A DNA stretch of 64,000 bases, from NCBI GenBank assembly GCA_963712115.1, contig CAVQGX010000032.1, forward strand, positions 1 through 64,000, given 5' to 3'. The stretch is from an uncultured delta proteobacterium. GTDB lineage: Bacteria > Desulfobacterota > Syntrophobacteria > BM002. Numbering within the stretch: position 1 is the first letter of the stretch; each line of letters begins with the position of its first letter. The notes under the pieces were generated by a model. The model made no database searches, had not been told where the DNA came from, and saw only the letters and a program-made list of their open reading frames with translations. Both the position numbers and the translations under genes were made by a program. Positions 40,977 to 51,380 of the stretch are shown piece by piece.

Positions 40977-42401
40977 TCAGGTTCGGACGTAGGTTTCAGG
41001 GAGTGCAACCCTAATGCTTGCTGAATCCTTTAACTGCCTCTGTCGGCTGTCCACCGACAACCTGAGCCACCGTTGGTTGTTTGCCATGAAGCCTAATCGA
41101 CTCTGCTCGGTTTCCAACAAGCTTCGGATGATTTCCAGGTTCCGAGCCACAGCCCCCCGGTGAGCCTCGAAGGCCCCCTGCGCTCTTTTACCCTGCTCCT
41201 TGCATTTTGCTGGAGCAACCAGCCAACTTTTTATCATCCCATACAATTCAGCCTCAGTTGAAACTTTAAAGCCCCCGCCACTTTCAGTGAGGATTGCGGC
41301 AATTTCTTTGAAATTCTCCATATGGGGACCAAAAACAACTGGTAGACCTCTCTGGGCAGCTTCCAGAGGATTGTGCCCCCCAAAATCCACTAAAGTACCT
41401 CCTACAAAGGCAAAATTGCCCAAACTGTAAAAGCGGGACAGCTCACCAATGGTATCGAGAACGAGCACATCTAGTTGCACACCCTCACTATTTTCTCCGA
41501 GTAGTTGGCTTCGACGTGCAGTCTGCCAGCCCCTCTGCTTTACCAGGTTAAAAACCTCACTGAACCGTTGTTGACTTCTTGGTGCCAGTATGAGACTCAG
41601 ATTGGGAAATTCCTCTCTCAACCTGGTGTAGACCGCGAGTACAATATCTTCTTCCCCGGGATGTGTACTGCCTGCAATCCAAGTGGCTGATGGGGGTATC
41701 CATCCCAGTTTTTTGATGAGTTGGTCCCTCTCACTTCCAACCGATTTAGTCAAGGCCTGGTCAAACTTCATGTTTCCAGTGATATTTACTTTGGAAGCCT
41801 CCACACCCAGCATCCTCATCCGTCTTCCATCTTCCTCGCTCTGCATGCAGAGAACATCAATATGATTAAATACTTCAGAGACAAATCGCCGTCCTAGCCG
41901 ATAACGGGGAAAGGATCGATCCGAGACTTTGCCGTTGACCAGAACGATGGGAGTGCCTTTACTCGCTAGACACCAGAGGAGGTTCGGCCACAGATCTGTC
42001 TCAACCAGAACAAATAGACTTGCCCCAATGTTCTTTACCGCCCTTCGCACAATCCACCATAGGTCCAGCGGCAGGTAGTAGAAGCGACAATTCAGCGAGG
42101 CCAGTCTCCGCCGAGCAACCTGTTGTCCAGTTTCGCTGGTGGTGGTAAAAAACAGTTCATATTCAGGAAACTGCTCTCTCAGGCTATGGAGCAGGGAAAC
42201 CGCGGAAAGCACCTCGCCCACGGAAAGGGCATGAACCCAGATCACCCTCCGATTTATCGTCTTCACCCGATCCCTGAGACCTAAACCCAGACGTGGACCA
42301 AGGTTCTTGCGGTATTTTCCGGTCAATAGGCTTCGGAGAGTAAAATAGCTAAGAACACCTGGGAAGGCCAACAGCCACAGTCCGTTATAGAGCCAAAACA
42401 T
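40977..42401 (-). CDS. waaA: Kdo transferase
   Basis: WVHALSVGE, ETDLWPN, TGNMKFD, AGSTHPGEE, DTIGEL, GGHNPLE. Confidence 0.92.
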   Translation of the reverse strand: MFWLYNGLWLLAFPGVLSYFTLRSLLTGKYRKNLGPRLGLGLRDRVKTINRRVIWVHALSVGEVLSAVSLLHSLREQFPEYELFFTTTSETGQQVARRRLASLNCRFYYLPLDLWWIVRRAVKNIGASLFVLVETDLWPNLLWCLASKGTPIVLVNGKVSDRSFPRYRLGRRFVSEVFNHIDVLCMQSEEDGRRMRMLGVEASKVNITGNMKFDQALTKSVGSERDQLIKKLGWIPPSATWIAGSTHPGEEDIVLAVYTRLREEFPNLSLILAPRSQQRFSEVFNLVKQRGWQTARRSQLLGENSEGVQLDVLVLDTIGELSRFYSLGNFAFVGGTLVDFGGHNPLEAAQRGLPVVFGPHMENFKEIAAILTESGGGFKVSTEAELYGMIKSWLVAPAKCKEQGKRAQGAFEAHRGAVARNLEIIRSLLETEQSRLGFMANNQRWLRLSVDSRQRQLKDSASIRVALPETYVRT

Positions 42402-42481
42402 GTGGGAGATCCGAGGATAGTTGTAGGTTGTCCATCGCCGCCTTCACAACGCAGCGGCCGATTATTTCAATCTGAACATAA

Positions 42482-42700
42482 AACCACAGAGGGCATAGGG
42501 TAGCGCAGCTACCACCAATTTCGAAATCCTAAATCCTAAGCACGAAACAAATCCGAATTTCAAATTCTCCAATGTTCAAAACAAAATTGAATAAATCTAT
42601 AATTTCGAAGTCTTGGTAATTTGGATTTTGAAAATTTGAATTTGTTTAGAATTTCGATATTTGGATTTCGGATTTGTTCTCTTCTGTGCACTCTATGGTT
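42482..42700. repeat. AACCACAGAG-family element enclosing a long imperfect heptamer inverted repeat
   Basis: AACCACAGAGGGCATAG...CTGTGCACTCTATGGTT; AAATCCTAAATCCTAAGCACGAAACAAATCCGAATTTC vs GAATTTGTTTAGAATTTCGATATTTGGATTTCGGATTT. Confidence 0.75.
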
Positions 42701-44504
42701 ACTCTCCCTCGTGACCTCGCGCCACTTTAGCGGTTTTGAGCGTAGAATTATTGTCGACTTGGGCGAACTGCATATCATATAGGCGGCAGTACTCCCCATG
42801 GCACTCTAATAACTCATCGTGCCGTCCCTCTTCCACAATACGACCATTAGAGATAACTACTATGCGGTCCGCGTTCTTGATGGTGGAAAGTCTATGGGCG
42901 ATAACCAGAGTTGTTCTTCCCGCCATAAGGTTCTCCAAGGCCCTCTGCACTTCCATTTCCGCTTCGCTGTCCAATGATGAGGTGGCCTCGTCTAGAATAA
43001 GGATGGGCGCGTTCTTGAGCAGGGCCCTGGCAATGCATAGTCGCTGCCGCTCTCCCCCTGAGAGCCGCGCCCCTTGCTCACCGATTATTGTGTCGAAACC
43101 CTGGTCCATTTTCATAATGAAATCATAGGAGTTTGCCGCCTTGGCAGCAGCGATTATTTCCTCGTCGCTCTTATTGATATCACCATAGGCAATATTGTTG
43201 CGCACAGTGTCATTGAACAGAATGGTCTGCTGGGTTACTATGCCTATCTGGTCCCGAAGCGAATCTATGGTCACATCGCGTATATCTATACCATCGATCA
43301 AGATGGCTCCATCGTAAACCTCATAGAAACGGGGAATTAAATCCACCAGCGTGCTTTTGCCTGCCCCGCTCACCCCCACTATTGCCACAACCTCACCGGC
43401 AGAAACCTTTAGGTTAATGTCCTTAAGCACCGGCTGGTTATCGTAACGAAATTGGACATTTCTGAGCTCTAGCTCCCGTCGCATAGCTGGGAGCTGGATG
43501 GCATCCGGTTTATCTTGAATTCCCGGTGGGGTATCCAGAATATCATAGATCCTTGTCGCCGCCGCAATTCCCTCCTGAACTACGTTATTTATCCTGCTCA
43601 ATCGTTTTATCGGTTCGTACAGCAAAAGCAAGGCCCCCAAAAATGAAAAAAACTCTCCAGGCGTGGATACCCCTTGGATGACCCTATAACCCCCGTACAG
43701 AATGACAAAGACGATAGCGATACCGCCAAGAAACTCCATCAAAGGTGAAGAGAGGGCCCGTAGCATTACTGATTTCATTAGATAACGAAAGTATCTTATG
43801 TTTTGCTTGTTGAACCGCTCTTTTTCGTACTCTTCCATGCCAAATGCTTTGACAATGCGACTTCCGCTTATGGTCTCATGAAGAATTATTGAAATGTCGC
43901 CCATGGATTCCTGGCTCTTGGTGCTTATGCGGCGAAGCATCCTGCCAAATTTCACTACAGGAAAAAATGCAAATGGCAGGACCACCATGGCGATCAAGGA
44001 AAGTTGCCAATCCCTGGTGAACATGACCACCACTAGTCCTATCAAGGTTAGAGGATCTTTAAGCAACCCGGTAATTGCGTTGGAGACTGCTCCTTGAATC
44101 AAAGTTACGTCGTTTGTCACCCTCGACATCAAGAGCCCTGTGGGCATACGGTCGAAAAAGGAGAGAGGTAGTCTCTGGAGGTGGTCGTATAGCTGCTGCC
44201 GCAATTGGGCAACTATACGCTGTCCAACATAGCTCATCAGATAGGTATTCCCCCACTCGGTCAGCGCTTTGATGGAGAAGACCAGAAAGACGACGACGGA
44301 CAGAAACTTAAGCATCTCTGCTCTTTTTTGAATAAATATGTCGTCTAGAACCGGCTGAACCAAATAGGGCAAGGCTGCAGTACAGAGAGCCACTCCCACC
44401 ATGCACACCATGGCAATTGCCAGACGTTGCCAGTATGGTTTGACCAACTCCAGTAATCGTCGATAGAGATTCATGGGATAATTATCCCCTACCCATAAGC
44501 TCAA
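42699..44504 (-). CDS. msbA: Lipid A flippase MsbA
   Basis: TMD plus GVSGAGKS, LSGGERQR, ILDEATS; directly downstream of lpxB; probable start at MNLYRRLL. Confidence 0.9.
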   Translation of the reverse strand: MSLWVGDNYPMNLYRRLLELVKPYWQRLAIAMVCMVGVALCTAALPYLVQPVLDDIFIQKRAEMLKFLSVVVFLVFSIKALTEWGNTYLMSYVGQRIVAQLRQQLYDHLQRLPLSFFDRMPTGLLMSRVTNDVTLIQGAVSNAITGLLKDPLTLIGLVVVMFTRDWQLSLIAMVVLPFAFFPVVKFGRMLRRISTKSQESMGDISIILHETISGSRIVKAFGMEEYEKERFNKQNIRYFRYLMKSVMLRALSSPLMEFLGGIAIVFVILYGGYRVIQGVSTPGEFFSFLGALLLLYEPIKRLSRINNVVQEGIAAATRIYDILDTPPGIQDKPDAIQLPAMRRELELRNVQFRYDNQPVLKDINLKVSAGEVVAIVGVSGAGKSTLVDLIPRFYEVYDGAILIDGIDIRDVTIDSLRDQIGIVTQQTILFNDTVRNNIAYGDINKSDEEIIAAAKAANSYDFIMKMDQGFDTIIGEQGARLSGGERQRLCIARALLKNAPILILDEATSSLDSEAEMEVQRALENLMAGRTTLVIAHRLSTIKNADRIVVISNGRIVEEGRHDELLECHGEYCRLYDMQFAQVDNNSTLKTAKVARGHEGE

Positions 44505-45624
44505 GGGCTATGGCTGCTGCTTTGTCAGAAGCGCCTGGAGTTCCCAACTCTTGGCGGACATCTTTTAGCCGCCTCTTTATCCACTCCTTGCGCCCGTGAT
44601 CATTGAAAATCTTCATAGCCTCTCGGGCAACACGTTCCGGGGTGACTTCGTGCTGGATCAACTCCGGGGCAACTGTCTCGCCTGCTATTATATTGGCGAG
44701 GGCAACATGATTGACTTTTACCAGTCTTTTCCCGAGCCAATAGGTCATAGGGTTCACTTTGTAAACCACCACTAGTGGAGTCCCGAGGATAGCCGCCTCC
44801 AAAGTAACCGTACCTGAGGCGGCAACGATCATTTCGCATGCCCGAATAACTTCATGGGTACTGTCCTTAACCACCGTCAAAGGAAGGTTTCTGCCTTTCA
44901 AGTAAGGATTGACCTGTTCCCTGCTAATGGTAGGGGCCAAGGGCACAAGAAAGTGAACTTTGGGGATCATATCGACGAGAATGGCAGCCATATCAAGCAT
45001 TACTGGTAGCAGCCTTGATACCTCGCTACTCCTACTCCCCGGAAGGAGCCCAATCAACTGACGTGACCCGTTCTTGCCATATCGCCGGCAGAGTGATCCC
45101 TCTTCATTTTCCAATGCAATGAGATCTAGCAGCGGATGGCCTACAAAGGAGACTTTCACTCCCGCCTCTTGATACAGCTTTTCCTCGAAGGGGAGAATCA
45201 CCACCATTCTATCCACTCGACTACGAATGGTATTGATCCTTCCCGATCGCCAAGCCCAAATCTGCGGGCTCACGTAGTACATGACCGGAATCCCATGTCT
45301 TTTGGCTCTACCTGCTACCATAAGATTAAACTCAGGATAATCGATCAAAATGATCAAGTCTGGCCGCCAGTGGGTCAGGCTGGCCGAGACCTCCCGGAAG
45401 GCCTCGAAAATGGTGAGAAGCCTCTTCGCTCCGGGCAAACCAACCACGGCCATCTCCTCGGCATGACGGAGGAGTCTCACGCCCGCTTCTTTCATGTGTG
45501 AGCCTCCCACCCCCAGGAAATAGATAGAGGGATCTACGGTGCGGATGGCCTTTACCAGATTGCCGCCGTATAGATCCCCCGAGGCTTCCCCAGCTATGAT
45601 TAATACCCTCTTGTTAGTAGCCAC
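44482..45624 (-). CDS. lpxB: Lipid A disaccharide synthase
   Basis: IAGEASGD, IDYPEFN, YVSPQIWAWR, LLPGSR, ASGTVTLE. Confidence 0.95.
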   Translation of the reverse strand: MATNKRVLIIAGEASGDLYGGNLVKAIRTVDPSIYFLGVGGSHMKEAGVRLLRHAEEMAVVGLPGAKRLLTIFEAFREVSASLTHWRPDLIILIDYPEFNLMVAGRAKRHGIPVMYYVSPQIWAWRSGRINTIRSRVDRMVVILPFEEKLYQEAGVKVSFVGHPLLDLIALENEEGSLCRRYGKNGSRQLIGLLPGSRSSEVSRLLPVMLDMAAILVDMIPKVHFLVPLAPTISREQVNPYLKGRNLPLTVVKDSTHEVIRACEMIVAASGTVTLEAAILGTPLVVVYKVNPMTYWLGKRLVKVNHVALANIIAGETVAPELIQHEVTPERVAREAMKIFNDHGRKEWIKRRLKDVRQELGTPGASDKAAAIALELMGRG

Positions 45625-45680
45625 CCTTGGCCCTGTTTTTCGACAAAAGAGGCCATTGCCCTTTTGCCTAAAAGCGACCT

Positions 45681-45763
45681 ACCACAAAGAGCACAAAGAA
45701 CACAAAGGAGATAAAGCAATGCAAAACTTAGTCTTATTTGTGGACTTTGTGTCCTTGGTGGTT
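45681..45763. repeat. ACCACAAAG-family inverted-repeat element
   Basis: ACCACAAAG AGCACAAAG AACACAAAG ... TTTGTGGA CTTTGTGTC CTTGGTGGTT. Confidence 0.78.
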
Positions 45764-45810
45764 AAATTCCCCTCTACAATCAAACAGTCTCCCTTTTGGG
45801 GTCATGGATT

Positions 45811-47703
45811 TTAGCGCAAGCCTAAGGCAACTCCTAAGCTTTCCATCTGTTCCTTGATCAATTCACTTACTTGCGTAGCAACCTCAAGGGCCTTACGCCC
45901 CTCCTCTCCACTCACCATCGGTCTCTTACCGGTACGCACGGACTCCGAGAAGGCTCGGAGTTGTTCCTCCAAAGGATCAACATCAGCTACAGGCAGCTGC
46001 TTATATTCGATTTCCGGAAACCCATCTGCGCCTCGCTCAGTCAATTTACGAAACAATTCCACTTCCCTCTCAGCATAGTCTAGAGACAGGTAGCTATCCG
46101 GCTGGAATATTCTAATTTTCCTCATTTTTCTTGCAGAAATTCGGCTGGCTGTGACATTGGCTATGCAGCCATTGGCAAACTCCAATCTTACTGTGGCAAT
46201 ATCAGTATGAGGAGTGAGAACCTTAGCTCCTCCAACCCTTATATCTTCCAATGGGAAAGGTACCAAGCTCAGGATGATATCAATATCATGAATCATAAGA
46301 TCTAGAATCACATCTACCTCAGTACCCCGTTCATTGAAGGATCCCAGTCGATGAGATTCCACAAAAAGTGGCTGGTGCACGTATTCTCTTGCAGCCACCA
46401 CTGCTGGATTGAATCTCTCCAGATGTCCCACCTGAAGCACAAGGCCCTTCGTCTTTGCCAGTTGAATTAGGGAATCCGCCTCTTCCAAAGTAGCTGTCAT
46501 GGGTTTTTCCACCAGAACGTGGATGCCAGCCTCTAAAAGATCTCGGGTGATGCGATAGTGATCCTGGGTGGGAACTACCACACTAGCGGCTTCAACCTCC
46601 CCAATAATATCCCTGTGCGAAGAGCAGGCTTTACAAGATAGATCCTCAGCCATCCGGCGGGCTTTACTGGGTTCCAAATCAACTACGGCCACCAGATTGG
46701 TCTCTGCAATGGCGGCATATTTCTCCGCATGAAATTGACCCAAATACCCCACACCGACCACTGCTACCCGCGGAGCTGAGTGGTTGAATGTTACCCGATG
46801 CTTCAGGGGTAGTGGTGTTCCATACATTTCGTCGTCAGCCAGTTGCAAGCTATTCTGCTCCTTAGTGAAGCCGGATAAGGCCGAGGCTGCCTCCCAGCCT
46901 TCTGACATGGAGAGGATGGCAATCCTGGCATCGTCGGCGGCCTGGATCATCTTCTCCCTGTCAAACATCAGAGTCTTCCCTGCCTCCACAACCAATACCG
47001 AAGCGCCCACCTCTTTCATGGTCTCAATGGTCTGGAGTCCAACAGCCGGGACATCGAAGCGCAGGTCTTGGTGAGGCTTGCACACCTTCACCACTACCAC
47101 TTCACTTTTGCCCAACTGGCCACCGCGACGGATGGCCTCATCAGTGCCCTCAATAGCCTCCACTGCCAGGACCGCCTGATCCCTAACCAAAATACATTGT
47201 CCAATATCCAATTTTCCGATCTTTTTAGCGAGGTTCCAGCCGAACGCAACGTCTCTTTTCTCCCTGGAATTTGGCTTTCGTCGGCTAAGAATCCCTCGGG
47301 GGGCCAGCAGCTCTGGTAAGAAGATGGTCGACGGCCTTACTCTGATGCCATGCCTTTCCAACTCTTCGGTAAAAGCCCTGAGGATTGCATCATCTTTTTT
47401 GTGTAGCATCCGGGCGAGCAATCGTACAGCCTTCCAGTCCGGTCTGATTTTGCTGTAAAGCTTAGTTTTGGCCACAGTGCCGGCCATAGCCACTTCAGAG
47501 ATTTGGGCTTTTTCAAAGATCTCTATCATCCGGCCCAACTTCCCCAGGCTGACCCAGGCGCACACATCTACTTCTGGTTCCAATTGCTTGTCGGTCTCAC
47601 CTTCTAGGGCCACTGCCACTACTTCAACTCCATTTTTGCGTGCAGCTCGCGCAAAAAGAATAGGAAACTGACCCCCCCCTGCAATTAGACCTATCTTTTT
47701 CAT
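45811..47703 (-). CDS. lpxI: Fusion of UDP-2,3-diacylglucosamine hydrolase LpxI (N-terminal) and a Gfo/Idh/MocA oxidoreductase (GnnA-like, C-terminal)
   Basis: N: GLIAGGGQFP, DIGQ, AVEAIEGTD, KPHQDLRFDVPAVG; C: VVGVGYLG, VEKP, VGHLERFNP, DLMIHDID; 630 aa without an internal stop. Confidence 0.82.
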   Translation of the reverse strand: MKKIGLIAGGGQFPILFARAARKNGVEVVAVALEGETDKQLEPEVDVCAWVSLGKLGRMIEIFEKAQISEVAMAGTVAKTKLYSKIRPDWKAVRLLARMLHKKDDAILRAFTEELERHGIRVRPSTIFLPELLAPRGILSRRKPNSREKRDVAFGWNLAKKIGKLDIGQCILVRDQAVLAVEAIEGTDEAIRRGGQLGKSEVVVVKVCKPHQDLRFDVPAVGLQTIETMKEVGASVLVVEAGKTLMFDREKMIQAADDARIAILSMSEGWEAASALSGFTKEQNSLQLADDEMYGTPLPLKHRVTFNHSAPRVAVVGVGYLGQFHAEKYAAIAETNLVAVVDLEPSKARRMAEDLSCKACSSHRDIIGEVEAASVVVPTQDHYRITRDLLEAGIHVLVEKPMTATLEEADSLIQLAKTKGLVLQVGHLERFNPAVVAAREYVHQPLFVESHRLGSFNERGTEVDVILDLMIHDIDIILSLVPFPLEDIRVGGAKVLTPHTDIATVRLEFANGCIANVTASRISARKMRKIRIFQPDSYLSLDYAEREVELFRKLTERGADGFPEIEYKQLPVADVDPLEEQLRAFSESVRTGKRPMVSGEEGRKALEVATQVSELIKEQMESLGVALGLR

Positions 47704-47772
47704 GGCTTGATTGGCACTTTTTCTCGAGGCGATTTCGCCACCTTTTGCCCAACTTTCAAGGAAAAGAATGAA

Positions 47773-47871
47773 ATTTCGGCTTAGAGATCTCGGATTCTTA
47801 GAATTCTATGACTATTCGTTTCAGGCTATTCAATCTCAAATCCGAAATCCGCAATCCGAAATTCGAAATCT
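47773..47871. repeat. Heptamer (AATCCGA-type) tract
   Basis: AATCTCA AATCCGA AATCCGC AATCCGA AATTCGA AATC with a degenerate inverted copy upstream; directly after the lpxA stop. Confidence 0.7.
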
Positions 47872-47872
47872 G

Positions 47873-48697
47873 TCAACGGGTGATCCCCCGCTGTGATCCA
47901 CGAATAAAATCCACCAATGTCTTCACTTCCTCCACATCTCCGAACTGACTCTCAGCGACCTCCAGTGCCTCTGCGAGCGTCCTTTCGGTGAGAAATAAAA
48001 TACGATAGCATTGCTTTAAAATCTTCAGTACCGTAGGAGGGAAGTTCTTGCGCTTTAGACCAACGGTATTGAGTCCGTAAAGCTTAGCTCGATGGCCAGA
48101 AACAAGCATAAAAGGTGGAATATCCTTGGTTACTCCGGTCTTGCCACCAATGTAGGCGTGGGTTCCAATGCGGACGAACTGGTGTACGGCACAAAGTCCC
48201 CCGAGTGTTGCATGGTTATCTACAGTCACGTGTCCAGCCAAGGTGGCCGCATTGGCCATTATTATATTGCTTCCTATGATACTGTCGTGCGCCACATGAC
48301 TGTATGCCATGAAAAGGTTGTTATCCCCTACGCGGGTTACTTCATCCCCGCCAACGCTGGCTCGGTTGATAGTAACAAACTCTCTAATAACGTTGTTGTT
48401 TCCTATTATTGTCTCTGTACGCCTACCATCAAATTTTAGGTCCTGGGGTGGCGTCCCCACTGAAGCATAGGAATATATCTCACAACCTTCGCCAATGGTT
48501 GTATAGGGCGCAATATGGGCATGGGCGTGAAGTCGGCAGCCTCTACCAATTATCACCTCATCATCAATCACGGCGTATGGACCGACAACCACATCTGCTG
48601 AAAGTTCAGCACCAGGATGAATTACTGCGGTGGGATGAATCTGCCCTGAGCTTCCCTCAGCTGTCATCTGCAGGTGTCTCATTTCTCCCTCTTTCAA
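47873..48697 (-). CDS. lpxA: UDP-GlcNAc (or GlcNAc3N) acyltransferase
   Basis: IHPTAVI hexapeptide repeats, PQDLKF, IREFVTINR, HVAHD, VHQFVRIG, LNTVGLKR. Confidence 0.95.
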   Translation of the reverse strand: MKEGEMRHLQMTAEGSSGQIHPTAVIHPGAELSADVVVGPYAVIDDEVIIGRGCRLHAHAHIAPYTTIGEGCEIYSYASVGTPPQDLKFDGRRTETIIGNNNVIREFVTINRASVGGDEVTRVGDNNLFMAYSHVAHDSIIGSNIIMANAATLAGHVTVDNHATLGGLCAVHQFVRIGTHAYIGGKTGVTKDIPPFMLVSGHRAKLYGLNTVGLKRKNFPPTVLKILKQCYRILFLTERTLAEALEVAESQFGDVEEVKTLVDFIRGSQRGITR

Positions 48698-49136
48698 TAG
48701 CGGCCATCAGCTCAGCCTCTGCAACCAGGGTGTCTTCCACGTAAGCCTCTCCCCGCATTTTGAAGACCCTTTGTTTCTGACGGATGGTGGTGAGCTTAAG
48801 CCGCAGCTGGTCACCAGGGACAACCGGCTTGCGAAATCTTACCTTGTCAATGCCCATAAAGTAGACGAGGCTGCCAGCCCATTCTTTTGGGCTGGAGTGA
48901 AAGGCAAGTATGCCCCCCACTTGAGCCATGGCCTCAATAATGAGCACCCCTGGCATGATGGGATTGCCAGGAAAGTGGCCTGCAAAGAACGGTTCGTTTA
49001 TGCTGACATTCTTGATGCCTACAATTTCCTCCCCTTCTTTCAGGCTCTCGATCCGATCCACCAGCAAGAAAGGATAGCGGTGCGGCATGATCTGCATTAT
49101 TTCTCTGACATCTATCATCACAGACACCCCTTCCAT
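48657..49136 (-). CDS. fabZ: 3-hydroxyacyl-ACP dehydratase
   Basis: [30 protein letters not shown]. Confidence 0.96.
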   Translation of the reverse strand: MEGVSVMIDVREIMQIMPHRYPFLLVDRIESLKEGEEIVGIKNVSINEPFFAGHFPGNPIMPGVLIIEAMAQVGGILAFHSSPKEWAGSLVYFMGIDKVRFRKPVVPGDQLRLKLTTIRQKQRVFKMRGEAYVEDTLVAEAELMAAIERGRNETPADDS

Positions 49137-50185
49137 TAAGAATCTATGGCCTGCTCTATTGCAGCCAACCTCTTCTCCAAGCTAATTATCTTCTTCCGAA
49201 GTTCAGGAAGACGGCTCAATATTTGGCAGTTTTTCAGCCAGACTCGATGAGAAATTGCAGGGCTGCCCGAAACGGCTTGCCCCGGGGGAATAGATTTGGC
49301 GATCCCCGATTGGGCGCCTACCCGAACGTTATCTCCTATCTCAAGATGTCCAGTTACTCCAACTTGTCCAGCCAATATGACATTCTTGCCAACCTTAGTG
49401 CTACCGGAAATCCCAACCTGGGCTATGATGATGCCATCTTCTCCCACAATTACGTTATGGGCAATCTGGACGAGGTTATCTATTTTTGCTCCCCGCTGAA
49501 TCCAGGTTTTGCCCATTGTGGCCCTGTCGATTGTACAATTGGCACCGATCTCCACATCATCATCAATTTGGACTATACCCACTTGGGGAATTTTGAAATA
49601 GCTGCTGCCGTCCTGGGCAAAGCCAAAACCGTCACTGCCCACCACGGCACCACTATGGATGGTCACCCGATTACCAATAATGCAACGATCAAGAATGGTA
49701 ACGTTTGGATATATGATTGAATCATGGCCGATGCAAACCTCTGAGCCCACATAAACACCCCCGTGCAAGTTAACCCTGTCCCCCAGCACTGCAGAGTCTC
49801 CCACGTAAACGTTGGGTTGGATCGACACGCTATCCCCCAGCTTAACTTCTGCCCCTATGTGAGCTTTGCTACTCACCCCCAATGGAGGACTAGGTTTAGG
49901 GGCAAAGAGTGTTAGTATCTTGGCGAAAGCAAGGTATGGATTATCGCTGATGATTACCGGTTTATTGATATCTCTCAGTTTGGGCGGGACAATGAGTGCA
50001 CCCGCCTTCGACTCATGTGCCTTTCGCACATATTTGGAACCCACCACAAAGGAAATCTCATTGATCTGGGCTTCCTCTAGACCTGCCACCCCGCTTACCC
50101 GGAGCTCAGAATCCCCCTGAAGCTCACCCCCCACCAGGCGGGCCAACTCCCCCAATGTTCTCTCTAAAATACCATCACTTGCCAT
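49136..50185 (-). CDS. lpxD: UDP-3-O-acyl-glucosamine N-acyltransferase
   Basis: NPYLAFA, GSDGFGFA, KIPQVG, IDRAT, KIDNLVQIAHNV. Confidence 0.95.
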   Translation of the reverse strand: MASDGILERTLGELARLVGGELQGDSELRVSGVAGLEEAQINEISFVVGSKYVRKAHESKAGALIVPPKLRDINKPVIISDNPYLAFAKILTLFAPKPSPPLGVSSKAHIGAEVKLGDSVSIQPNVYVGDSAVLGDRVNLHGGVYVGSEVCIGHDSIIYPNVTILDRCIIGNRVTIHSGAVVGSDGFGFAQDGSSYFKIPQVGIVQIDDDVEIGANCTIDRATMGKTWIQRGAKIDNLVQIAHNVIVGEDGIIIAQVGISGSTKVGKNVILAGQVGVTGHLEIGDNVRVGAQSGIAKSIPPGQAVSGSPAISHRVWLKNCQILSRLPELRKKIISLEKRLAAIEQAIDS

Positions 50186-50499
50186 TATTCATTAGCCCTA
50201 TCCTATACCCCGCAGTTTGCCTGGCTGATATTTCATGAATTGATGTCGCGATTCCCGGAGAGGAGGTGCTCCACCGTGCATCTGGCACCGCGGGATTGCT
50301 TTGGCAGCCTGGAATGCCTTTAATCTGCCTCGCGGCGGCCATGTTGCAAACCCATTAACCCCAGTCCAACTGATGCGAATATGCATCTTAGTCAGGAGCC
50401 CTTCCTGATCCAATCCAAACTCTTCTATCATGCTATCTAAGCAAATTCCGGAAGAACAAACTGTTTTGCTTCCTTGGATAGTAATTAACAAATAAATGA

Positions 50500-51075
50500 T
50501 TATTGATCAGTCTTCTCGCTAGCTGAAGCCGCATTCAGTTCCTGAATTATCTTGTCTGTGAGATTAAGAGAATCTGGAGCATACCAAATACCTGCACCCG
50601 GAATTTCGAAAATCATTGTGTAGCCCTCTTCTTTCCCAATCTTGGCCACAATTTCTAAAACTTTTGCCTGGAGGGGCGTCAGCAGTTCCCGCTCTCTCTT
50701 GCTCAGGGAGCGATTGGCTTGCTCAACATCCTGATCTAGCCTTTTCTCCATGGAGACGATCTCGAAGTATTTGGTCTTCTTCATCTCATCGCTCCATATT
50801 GGCTCTTTCTTTTTGAATTCCTCTTTCAGTTCCTTTATCTCCTGTCGCGTGGCCTCCAGCTTCTCGTAAATCGGTTTCATCTCGGCTTTGATTGTCGCCA
50901 GCCCTTCCTTCCCCACCTCGGAGCGATCAACAATAGCCTGCTTGTCGAAATAACCCAATTTGACAACCTCTGCCGCCCAAACCTGGGTGGTAAATGTCAG
51001 AAAAAGAAATACAGCCAAAAATGCTTTGCAAATCCTCATGTCGATTCTCCTTAACCCTGATTGCCTCAACTTCAT
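50500..51075 (-). CDS. skp: Periplasmic chaperone Skp/OmpH
   Basis: Signal peptide, coiled-coil body, located between bamA and lpxD; probable start at MRICK. Confidence 0.85.
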   Translation of the reverse strand: MKLRQSGLRRIDMRICKAFLAVFLFLTFTTQVWAAEVVKLGYFDKQAIVDRSEVGKEGLATIKAEMKPIYEKLEATRQEIKELKEEFKKKEPIWSDEMKKTKYFEIVSMEKRLDQDVEQANRSLSKRERELLTPLQAKVLEIVAKIGKEEGYTMIFEIPGAGIWYAPDSLNLTDKIIQELNAASASEKTDQ

Positions 51076-51158
51076 CTTCTTCTTTCAACATTTTAGCCCA
51101 CCTGAAAGCTCATAATATAGAAGCTTTTCGCTCTGCGCAATTGCGCTTTGCAAGGCTA

Positions 51159-51380
51159 GCCCATATATTTCTCCAAACGGTGTCGCGAGACCGTGAAGAT
51201 GGCTGTGCTACCGGGCAATCCCGCGGTACCGCGGGATTGGACCCGAGGCGCACTTGGAAAGTACGTCGCAGGGTCCGAAACCCGAGGACATGCGGCTTCC
51301 GGCTCGTAGAGCCTACAACTCGGAGAGAAGAACAACCATATTCGCGGTCCGCCTAAGGCGGATTAGCGAAATATACGGGC
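51159..51380. mobile_element. MITE with 13-bp terminal inverted repeats and TA flanks
   Basis: TA-GCCCATATATTTC ... GAAATATACGGGC-TA (12/13 inverted match); internal perfect 24-bp palindrome CAATCCCGCGGTACCGCGGGATTG (51216-51239); right end overlaps the bamA stop. Confidence 0.72.

Noticed and set aside
50198-50491. 97-aa ORF or ncRNA between skp and lpxD
   Set aside because: No recognisable protein or RNA family; part resembles a degenerate copy of the 51.2 kb element
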